Shown here piece by piece: positions 53,482-64,000 of a stretch of DNA of 64,000 nucleotides. Position numbers and translations under genes: made by a program. The first letter of the stretch is position 1. Every line of letters starts with the position of its first letter. The stretch comes from Nymphaea colorata (Eukaryota), in contig NC_045138.2 in NCBI RefSeq assembly GCF_008831285.2, forward strand, positions 12,338,001 through 12,402,000, in the 5' to 3' direction. Under the pieces are notes generated by a model, which did not search any database, was not told the origin of the DNA, and saw only the letters and a list, made by a program, of their open reading frames with translations.

Positions 53482-54953
53482 GGGTAAAGAGAGAAACACA
53501 AAGCAAACATTATGACAGTATTTTGTACAACTAATATAACAAAACTACTCCAAGAGCTACTCTTGTATTTTATGGATTAAATAGTTTTTGCAACATTTAT
53601 AGAAAAAACTACTCCAATATGTCCTTGCTGCTGTCATCCTTGCGAGATATCACGTAAAAGAAACAGAGGGAAAATTTCTTCCCTCCAGTAGTGTAATCAT
53701 ATATGTTGGTCTTCAGTCTGGACCTGCTCAAAATGCCACAAAAAAATATGGAAGATCCAACTGTAGTCTATGTGAAATTACCCACATGAACTATCAGCAG
53801 GGAACCAAAACAAAAATGTCGTTAATTTCTGTTGGAAAATTTGGACAGATGGGCACTTCCAATTGCATAGCTCTAGTTCCTTGGCTGTTAAGCACGTAGC
53901 TCCTCCACAATTAAGCTTGCCACTGGATTAACGTAGCCTGCACGTTGATGTACACTTGATTCAATAATATTGATAGGTAATGTGGCTTGGTATTTATCAT
54001 TCCCTATAGCAGAAGGGCACATGTAATGCTATTATAATCCTCCAAATACAAAGCCATCTTCATGAAAAAGATACATCATCATTAAAAAACCTTGGTTATT
54101 ATCACTAGATAGTTAACTACCAGCATACGAGAATTAAAAGAAGTCCTTTCTTGCTATGGCGAGACCCGTCTTGTCTTCCACTATGAATTATGCCGACCCT
54201 ATAGCTAGCCACTGCAATCAAACCAACTGCAAACATGACCACATATCATAGTATCATGAAGACGTTGTGGTATGAGGAAAGGATACATTGTTTGTACGTA
54301 AGGAGAAAATAAGCGCCTTAGCAATGGGATTGAGTTTGTGCCTTGCCCATCGTGCCATCCTAATGCTGCCAAACTGCCATTTCATTTAATGCCATCACCG
54401 GTATGACGTTGGTAGAGACAGCACAAAATAACAGTTACAACCAGAGCTGCCCTTGCTCCTGCAACAACTTCCACTGCCATCGTCAAACACTGTATTAGTT
54501 TAATCCCCTTTACAGACCAATAAAATGTAGCCCTCTCAGATCAAGAAAACTAAAGGCCATACCAGTTCCCTTAGCTCAAGAATGAAACCTTCCGAAGAAG
54601 AACAACAAATGGATTTTGAGGATTGGAAGTGTTACCATGGCAAGGATTTTTCTGTAGACGAACTAATTTCACATCATTATCCCCGGCAAAATTTTCAGCC
54701 AACAAACCATACATTAATTGTTTCATTTGTATGTCATTTTTCCGCAATTATACACGCACACACAAAATTCACTTTATGGAACTGGAACTATAGCACATGT
54801 TGTGTCTTGGTTCTGTACTCTGTATATTCTTCTTCAGCTCTTCGCGTAAGGCAAAATTGCAATGTGGTGAAAGCACTCGTGCTGTTAACGAGTAGAAGTT
54901 CGAAACGGGTAATGTGCACACCCTTGTTCACAAAAAGTTGTGCACACGGGTGC

Positions 54954-55372
54954 GTAGTGACTAAAATAGCCATGTTCAAGTAAAAAAATAAGCTTTTTAG
55001 AAGGACAAAAGGGAGTTAAGAAAAAAGTTAAAAGTCTAAAATGTACGTTTTTTTATAAAAAGTTTCAAATATACCCCAACCCTTATATTTGTGCGTATAA
55101 TAACCAAAATACTCATGTTTAAGTAAAAAAGCTTTTTAGACGGACGAAACGGAGTTATGAAAAAAAGTTAAAAGTTTAAAATGTGCAATTCTTTATAAGA
55201 AAATTCAAATATATCAAATATATCTAACTGTCCTTTTTCAGGTGTGTAATGACTAAAATACCTATGTTTAAGTAAAAAAAAAAAAGAAGCCTTTAAAAAG
55301 AAGAAGAGTTGTGAAAAAAGTTAAAAGTCTAAAATGTATATTTCTTTATAAAAAAAATTCAAATATACCCCA
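54954..55372. repeat. Three diverged tandem copies (about 145 bp) of the dispersed A-rich repeat
   Basis: ACTAAAATA..CATGTT.AAGTAAAAAA..AAAAAAGTTAAAAGT.TAAAATGT..TTCAAATATA x3. Confidence 0.8.
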
Positions 55373-56689
55373 ACTTCCTTTTCTTTCCCTTCGTATGTGT
55401 TTGCATATAGTTGTGTACACAACTCGATAGTTGTGTACACAACTCGATCTTGTTGAAGTTGATAAGACATGACATTAACGTGTTTCAGTATGTGTCGTTT
55501 CCAAAAAATTCAACTCAGCAATACAAATCTAACTAATTAAATGGTGGGGTGGTGGCACATCTACTAAAGGTCAACAAATTTGGGTGCTGGAATAATCTTT
55601 GTGGCCTTAGGTCCAATAGCACAATTATAGCATCATGGAAATAATAAAAATAAGATGTGTCAATGAAGAAAATGTTACCATCTGCTGCTTTAGACACCCC
55701 AAATTTTTCACAGGTCAAAATGGTTGTTTTGCCCCTCACAATGTGATTCTGAACTTAGCTTCAAGACCCAGGTCCTCTAGGTTATCACCAAAATGGCTGT
55801 TATGCCCTATGCTACATGCCATATCAGCTTGAATATTGTGAATTTCATCCAGAACTCTAAGAATTTCTTAACACCTAAGCAATTAGGATGATTCTCACTT
55901 TCTTTAGTCCCCAAAAGTTGTTAGGGTCAATTCAGTCTAACCTGATCAGCTCATTGGGACTAGTCACCTACCATTTTTAGAACACCCGAGCCTTGACAAA
56001 TGGAACAAAGCAAGAGGTAGAACCTCCTCAGTCTGGGAGAATATTTTCTAACTTACTTTTAGTTGTGGGATTTAGATTTGAATTTTGGAAAAGTTGTCAT
56101 TAATCAGAGGTGACACTCTCACTCATTTTAGCACTTCGGAACCTAAGTTGTCTCAATCCTAAACATGTTAGTTTGCTTCGAGCTCAAATCATATTTTTCA
56201 ATACTCAATCTACTGAGTTCAAGTTCAATTAACTCACCCCAGATTGAGTTTATTTATTGACTTACAGATTCACTACGAATTGTCACTTTACTTCAATGCA
56301 GCTCAACCTTTCTAGCTAAATTATGGTGAACTTGGGAATTTGTTTCTCATTTTGTTCATATCGTGGCAATCACATATTCCTTGAAAAATATTTTTAGCAT
56401 TAGATGAGACTGGCATGCCCTTGGTTAAAAGTCCATTTTTGGCCCTCAACAAATGTTCATTTTGCTGCTCATGATTTTAGAAGAACTAAGTTTTGGATGA
56501 GCAAATGAAGTCATTTTTCAGTTGAATTGCATAGGCAGCCTCCTATCTATCATGTGCATGTTCCTGCATGGCCAGCTTGCCCATCTAGCCTGCAAAGCTC
56601 AATCTCTATGCCAAGGGCTTTCTGATCTTTTGGTAATACATGCATATTTCTTTATTACCACATGGACCTAAGTTAAAGTTTATATACTT

Positions 56690-56918
56690 TGTAGAAATAA
56701 AGACAAAGAAATGAACACGATGTAACGTGAAAAACCACTCAACGAGAGGAAAAAAACCACGGGTGAGGAGGACTGGTGCCCACTAACTGCCAGACACTCT
56801 CTCTCTTAAAATTTCATTCACACACCGAAATTAGGGTTTACACAGGTTGAGTAGAGCCATAACACACCGGATTGGGTCTAGACCCAGATATATGACCCAA
56901 ATACAACATATGTCAACA
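56690..56918 (-). repeat. 3' LTR of the copia element
   Basis: Matches 62094-62340 with scattered substitutions and indels. PPT TTGAGGGGGAG (minus strand) at 56919-56929. Confidence 0.93.
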
Positions 56919-56924
56919 CTCCCC

Positions 56925-59900
56925 CTCAAGTTGGATATACATATTGAACATGCCCAACTTGGATACATTCCTCTCGAACTAAGTCAAAGGTAAGGCTTTA
57001 GTCAGAACATCAACTATTTGGTTTTCAGACTTCATATAAGGTAAAATTAACTCTCTGGCATCAATCCACTCCCGAATGAAATGGCCGGTCATGTAATACA
57101 GGGTTGTTGACCAGACTGATAGCAGACTTGTTATCACAATACATCTTTATAGGTCCTTCAGTCTCTATTCCAATGTCAGACAGCAGCACTTTCAACCATA
57201 GTAATTCTGACACTTCCACAGCGACGGCCCTATATCTGGCCTTTGCACTTGAATGGGAACAAGCATCTTGTCTCTTGCTCCTCCAAACAACAAGTTTTCC
57301 TCTCAAATAGACGCAATACCCTGAAGTAGATCTTTTAGCATCAACACAACCAGCCCAATCTGCATCTGAATACCCCTCAATCTCAATAGGCCCTTGTTTT
57401 ACATATAGAAGCCCATTGCCAGGATTTCTTTTCAAGTAGCACAAGATTCTGTCGACAGCCTTCAAGTGAGCATCTGTAGGTGCATGCATGAACCTGCTCA
57501 TCACATTCACAGCAAAGGTGAAATCAGGTCTAATCAGAGCGAAGTAGATCATTCTTCCAACCAAAAGTTGATACTTCCCCTTAGCTTCTTCACAGAGAGG
57601 TTCAACGTCTTTAATGTTGAGTTTGTGTTCTGCATCCAGAGGAGTAGAAGTCGGTCTACACCTTAGTTTTCCAGTCTCCTTCAATAGATACAAGGTATAT
57701 TTCCTTTGATCCAACACAATGGTTGTTCCTGACCTAGCAATTTCAATACCCAAAAAATATCTTAGTTTGTCGAGGTCCTTAAGATCAAATTCGGTAGCTA
57801 GTAAACCTTTTAGTCTTATTATCTCATCTTCATCATCACATGTAACAATCATATCATCAACATAGACTAATAGAAGAATAACCTTACCTTCTTTCTTTTT
57901 TACAAACAGAATGTGATCTTAATTTCCTTAATTGTAGTATGTTGTCTCATCACTAATCTAAGGCATTCAAACCATGCTCGGGGAGACTGCTTGAGCTCAT
58001 ATAAAGCTTTTTTTACTTTGCAGCGCTTTCATGGTTTCTCATATCCTGGAGGCATACACATATACACTTCTTCTTCAAGATCTCCATTGAGAAATGCATT
58101 CTCAACGTCAAGTTGGTCCACCTTCCACTCCTTCAACACTGCTAGAGAAATGATAACTGTAACAGTCTTCATCTTTGCAACGGGAGCAAAAGTCTTCAAG
58201 TAGTCAATCTCATATTTCTGACTAAACCCTTTGGCAACCAGGAGAGCTTTGTACCTCTCAACATTCTCATTTGGTTTGTACTTAATGGTGTAGACCCACT
58301 TGGATCCAACCAGATGAGCTGCTTCAGGCATCTTTACCACTTCTCATGCCTGGTTTCTGCTCAAGGCTTCCATCTCTTCTTGCATAGCATGAGTCCACTT
58401 AGGATCACTCTGAGCCTCTGTAACAGTCCTGGGAATCACAGCCAAAGAAAGAGATGATACAAAACATTTGCAATTTCTGCTCAGTCTAGAATATGACACA
58501 AAGTTACCAATAGGGTGTTGAGTACATGACCTGACACCTTTTCTCAGGGCAATGGAAAGCTCTTCATTCTCGGTTTTTGTTTGAATGTTTTCTTCAACAG
58601 GTTTCTTCTATGCATGACTTGGGTCATCTAGGGAAGAAGTGGTATTGGGATTAAGAGTAGAATTCTCACCATCAGTCACCTTATATGTACGAACTCTTCG
58701 CCTAGAGTACACCTGCCCAAACAAGCGATTACATTTCTCTTCCACCCCAGTGGAACACCCTTCATGCCTCTCATGTTCAATATTACATTTCTCTTCCTCC
58801 CCAGTGGAACACCCTTCATTCCTCTCATGTTCAAGCACCTCAACAATTTGTGGACTCTCTTTCCGCTTGTACTTCAAGAAATCTGTAAATTGAATTTTCT
58901 AACTTGAAGAATACTCTTCCTCTGACATACACTTCTCTCCCTGAAGAGGATTCTCACCAAAATAAGAAACATGTTCCAAGAATGTGACATTTTTGGTAAT
59001 ATAAACACGACCAGTGGTATGATTTAGACATTTATACCTCTTTTGAGTAGGAGAATGCCCAACAAATATTCCATTAATAGACCTTGGATCAAGTTTTTTA
59101 ATATTAGGGTTGTGATCATAAATAAAGCAAACACATCCAAAGATACGAGAAGGGAGCTGAAAAGGTTGCCAATTCCTTGGAAGCATAGAGTGGGGAGTCC
59201 TCTCATTTAGCACACGACTAGGCATACGGTTAGTCAAGTATGCACTAGTGAGAACAACATCTCCCCAATAATGTTTTGAAAGTTTTCTTTGAAACAAGAG
59301 GGCCCTAGTGACATTAAGCAACTGACGATTTTTTCTCTCAGTGACCTCATTTTGATGAGGGGTATAGCTGCAAGATGTCTCATGAACAATCCCTCTTTTT
59401 CGAAGGAAATCCTCAATAGTTTGATACACATACTCATGAGCATTATCAGACCGAAAGGTCTTAACAGAACCCCCATATTGGTTCTCCACAAGAAGAATGA
59501 AGGTCTCTATGACATGAGACGCTTCGCTACAATCTTTCAACAGGTAAACAAAGGCACTCCTTGAGTAATCATCTATGAAAGTTATAAAATACTGAAAACC
59601 ACAACGGGTATAAATTCTCGAAGGCCCCCCACGTCAAAATGGATGAATGAAAAAACTTCATTAGCAAGACTGTTAGAAACAGGGTATGAAGCCCTAACAT
59701 GTTTAGCAAACTGACATACATCACAAGATATCATAGATATATCCAAACTAAAACATAACTCAAGAAATAACTATATCAAAACTCCAAATGGAAGATGTCC
59801 AAGGCGTTCATGTCAATACAAAAATAACTGAAGACAATCTTCTCGATTCTTCTTGGTCCTGCTAACCACTGTTATAAGAGTTGTGGCCACATGAATGGGG

Positions 59901-61283
59901 AGTCATATAAGCCTTGAGACACCAAACTAACCTCAATTCTCTTTCATATCACCAAGTCCTACAAAACACAGCGACTTGTAGAGAATACGAGTTCACAATT
60001 CAACTCCTTTGTAATATTACTGACATATAAAACATTCAAGGGAAGATGAAGAACATGTAAGGCATCATGCACTAAAAGTTTGTTAAACAAAGAAAGACTC
60101 TCTTTTCCTGCCACAGAGGTAAAGGAACCATCGGCAAGAGAAACACTTTCCTTTCCAAAAGATAGTTTATACTCATGAAAGAGCTTAAGATTGTCGGACA
60201 TGTGATGGGTGGCACCACTGGCACCACTGTCAACAATCCATTCTCTCATACAAGAATTACTTTTTTACCAGAAATGGCCAGAGCATGGTTTACCTTCACA
60301 TCATCTAACACTTCAGTCTGACAAACATCAATCTGACTTAGATAAGCACGGAGCTTATGAATTTGTTCAGCTGAGATAGAGGCTTTCCCTCCACTAGAGT
60401 TGGTAGCATCATAAATAGATTTCTTCCCACTAGAAGGTCTCTCTCAACTATTCTTCTTTTCTGGATGGAGGTCCCAACAAAAATCCACTGTATGACCAGC
60501 CTTCTTGCAGTGAGTGCACTTGCGAGGAGGTCGAACAGCTCCTACAGGACCCCGACTAAAAGGGCAAACCTCTCATTATATGATATGTGATTCTCCTTCT
60601 TCCCAGTAATAATGATGCGACTTTGCTCTTCAGCCTCTACATAAGAGTAAACATCTTCAATACTAGGGAGCTCGTCAGAATTAAGGATTTGACTCCTTAT
60701 GCCCTCAAAGTCATCATTTAACCCTGCTAAAAATAGGAATACCCTATTCTTCCATTCCTTGGCTAAATGACGCACCTGATCTTGGGGACAATCCCAAGTG
60801 TCATCAGAATAGTAGTCAAGTTCCTCCCACTTAAATTTCAAGGCTGCATAGAAATCTGCTACTGAGTGTTCTCCTTGCTGTAAAGAATAGACATCCTTTA
60901 TCAACTGATACACTCAAAAAAATTTCTTCTTTTGGCCATACATCTGCTCTATAATAACCCACATGTTTCTCGCAGTCCTCTTACGAAGAATGAGAGGTTG
61001 TATCTCAGGGGACACTGAGTTGACAATCCAAGTCTTAACTTGGTTGTCCTCAAGAAACCATGTGTCCAAAGCAACATTCGTCTCAATCGGTTCAATCTTC
61101 CTTTCATTGATATAAGCAATTCTGTATCGACCTGCGATCTCTATGGTGATAGCAGTGGACCATTGAAGGTAGTTTTCCTTGGTGAGGTGAATGGTAGTAA
61201 ACTTGAACAGGGACATTTTCCGTTCTAGAGGCCCCAACATCAGTTTGATCGATACTGACAGTAGATGAAGAAGATTCTGCCAT
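56925..61283 (-). pseudogene. copia gag-pol polyprotein, disrupted
   Basis: LTKENYLQWS (gag), CTHCKKAGHTVDFC (Zn knuckle), WIVDSGA (PR), FRSDNAHEY / TPHQNEVTERKNR (INT), [13 protein letters not shown] / VYVDDM (RT), YSDADWAG / YCDNKSAI (RH). Confidence 0.95.
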
Positions 61284-62080
61284 GATCAAGATTCAGCACT
61301 ACAGTCACCTACGAAAACACACTGCAAACAAAAACAAGAGTAGCAGAGAGGGGCAACTACAAGCACGGTGTTGTAGGGCGCTGCCACGGTGGAGGTAGGC
61401 ATAGAGAGACTAAGGTAACAGCTGGTGGGTGCAGAAAGCACAAACGTCACTGAAGGACAGAAGGAGACGTTGTAGGATGCTGGGCAGGATTGGGCGTCGA
61501 TGTTGCAGAGTGTTGTTGCAAGAACCAACGTGAAAAATAGCAACAAACACAACTGACGCTGAGGAAAAGACGGCGACACGATGAAGCCAACGGTGACGAT
61601 AGACAGCAAGGGAGGCATCGGGTGAAAGTAGAGGAACATGAAAAGGTGGGCGATGGTGGATGCTGAGCAATTGCTTCCCACGCACAATCGCAGAGAAGAG
61701 GCGTTCGTGGTAGGAAGTCCAGAGCCAAAGCAGCGTCGGGCGTACCTGAACTCATGGCGGCAGAGCATCAGGTGAAGCAGGCAACGACTGGCGATGCAGG
61801 TAGCGGGCGAAGGCAGAGCTCCACGGGATGGCAGCAGAATGAAGGAGCAGGGTTGGGGGTCGACCGCATCGGGCGATACAAGCAGCGGGGTCGATGACGT
61901 TGGGTGATATGCGTCGGGCGATTCAAGTAGCGGGAGGACGCCAAAACTTCACGGCGGCAAGCAGGGCCGGGCGACAGGAAATACTCACTCAAACAGTAAG
62001 AAGGGATATCCAATCCAATCTAAACAGTGAGAACACGAACGTTCCCAACACGAGCACAGTAGAGAAATCAGAACCAACTT

Positions 62081-62093
62081 GGCTCTAATACCA
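62081..62093 (-). other. Primer-binding site, tRNA-iMet
   Basis: Minus strand TGGTATTAGAGCC, one mismatch to TGGTATCAGAGCC, abutting the 5' LTR. Confidence 0.88.
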
Positions 62094-62340
62094 TGTAGAA
62101 ATAAAGATAAAGAAATGAACACGATGTAACGTGGAAAACTCCTCAACGAGAAGGAAAAAAAACACAGGTGAGGAGGACTTGTGCCCACTAGCAACCAGAC
62201 ACGCTCTCTCTCTCTCTCTTAAAATTTCATTCACACAACGAAATTAGGGTTTACACAGGTTAAGTAGGGCCATAACAACACACAGGATCAGGTCCAGATC
62301 CAGACCCGGATATGTGACCCAAATACAACATATGTCAACA
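62094..62340 (-). repeat. 5' LTR of the copia element
   Basis: TGTAGAAATAAAGA...TATGTCAACA, a direct repeat of 56690-56918. Confidence 0.93.
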
Positions 62341-64000
62341 TACTTTAAACACTAAACCATGTAGCCTCATGCATGGTTTGAACCTACTTAGAAATGAACC
62401 AGGTTGGACCTAGTTGGGTTTGGTTAAACTAGAACTAAACCCCCTCGACCTAAGCCTAGCCTACCTTGTGTCTAAATCGAGATCAAGCCGAGGTCTAACA
62501 TGTTTTGACTAAGTTTGGACCCACCTACCCCACATCAAGCTAGACTCAGGGTCCATGCCCAATCCAGATCTTTTATCCAAGCCTCAAACTAGAGTTCAAA
62601 CCTGTGATCCGCATATGCAGATCTAGATTCCTCATTTTAATTCTTAGGTCTCAATCTCATATCACGATCCAAACTCATTCTATCATATCCATATCTAAAT
62701 TGTAGAATTCTCTTTAAATTTGGTTCCTTATCTGGGTCCCAATATCAAATCCGATATGTGATCCATATGCATTGCATTTATGTGCATAATATTCATTAAA
62801 TGTGCATTCAATTTATCATTATGTGTCAGATGTTAGTGTATACAAATAAAATGGACTATGCAGAATTCTGTATTTAGCAAACTGGTATACATATATTTGA
62901 AATCAATGCTCATACGAAACCAGAATGAATATTTTTTTGTTTGACATACATAGTATATGGTTTGATGTGCACTTTCTCTCCATTATGTCTGTATCAAATT
63001 CTCACTCCATGCAACATGTCAGCATGAAAAATTATTATGAATCCTTCATAACATTGTTAAAGATCAATATTGTTCGGCTGATTGAATTTTTATCAAGATT
63101 TGGCTTTGGAGTGAGCAAAATACCATAAAAATACAAGTCTTAGCGTAGGTTTTCCATGCCACATGAGGGAAACATGAATTTCAATGCCACGAATTTAGTC
63201 ATATTGATGAGGCAGAAAAAGTCAACCTCTTAAGGCCTCTCCAAAAGGGGCACAACCCTCTTTTTCTCTAGACACCACCTTAGAGCTTATAATTCCCGGC
63301 TAAATACAAAGTTTCTAGAAAGTGCAAGACCAGTACTCAGGTTGGCTCACAAGAAAAATTAAATTTTTGTTTTAGGTTTTCTAGGTTTGCATCTGGACTT
63401 AATCTAAGTCACAACAGTTTGTAATCAAGTCACTAATAAAGGCCAAAGGGAGCCAGTTGGGGTTGTGATCAGATCTAGTGGCAGGAGGTAAAAGTGAGGT
63501 AAGTTTCTTCTTCCTTCTTCTTTTCCTTTTTTGGCAATATAGTTCTTCGCTTTCCTTGGTTTCTTAGATAGAAAGCTCGAGGCTTTTCTTTTTGGTTTAG
63601 CATGTTTTTGTTAGTTTATTTCTGTTTTAGTGCCTAGGTTAGTTTAATTCAGCCATTCATGCTGCAGGTTAGCTATTTCCTGCTTTCTAGATAGATTTAA
63701 TTAAAACATCTGTTAGGCTAGGGGACGTGGGCCAGGTAACCTGCTCCTATCCTTTTCTTGTTTCTTTAATATTGTAATTCATATGTGGTTGCGTTAGGAA
63801 TTAATGCATATTATCATACTGTTTGCTTTCTTATTTAATCATAGTATGTTAGGATCATGCATATGCATTTATGTTTTCAAATTATACTCTTAGAACTAGG
63901 AATATGTAGTAGCTACAGTTGATTGATTACTAATATGCACAGCTCGACCTAGGCTCTTCGTGCACTCACTTCAAAGCATAGTTTTCAAATGCACGTATTC

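Larger units (their letters stand above)
56690..62340 (-). mobile_element. Ty1/copia LTR retrotransposon (Ale/Retrofit-like), full length, decayed
   Basis: LTRs 56690-56918 and 62094-62340 (TG...CA), perfect TSD TACTT (56685-56689, 62341-62345), PBS and PPT. Domain order gag-PR-INT-RT-RH. Confidence 0.96.
55689..64000 (+). mobile_element. Degenerate long-LTR (Tat/Ogre-like) sequence interrupted by the copia element
   Basis: LTR-like start TTTAGACACCCCAAATTTTT (cf. 8901 TGTAATCACCCCAAATTTT). Segment 63441-63505 resembles the reverse complement of 13800-13865. No coding remnants. Confidence 0.4.

Noticed and set aside
61286..62013. Several ORFs upstream of copia gag
   Set aside because: GC-rich 5' leader of the element with no conserved motifs.

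Overview
Plant (angiosperm) nuclear DNA, AT-rich and dominated by transposons, with one clearly intact gene: a two-exon WIP-type C2H2 zinc-finger transcription factor of the WIP2/NO TRANSMITTING TRACT clade (join 21772-22353, 24489-24923; 338 aa). The left 12.2 kb is a decayed Ty3/gypsy Tat/Ogre-type LTR retrotransposon with 3.3-kb LTRs. It carries an extra Plant Mobile Domain (MAIN/MAIL1-like) ORF before gag, a degenerate G-patch after the protease, a probable protease-RT intron, a second (archaeal-type) RNase H, 3' tandem repeats and a hairpin at the PPT. It abuts an older LTR-element remnant. Downstream of the gene lie two decayed hAT transposons (one complete with TIRs and 8-bp TSD), many MITEs, CACTA ends and several perfect tandem duplications. 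Near the right end a full-length decayed Ty1/copia (Ale/Retrofit-like) element with TACTT TSD is nested in another LTR-like sequence. No rRNA, tRNA, CRISPR or recognisable miRNA was found. All calls come from manual motif reading; no searches were run, and nothing here can be shown to be a new system without them.
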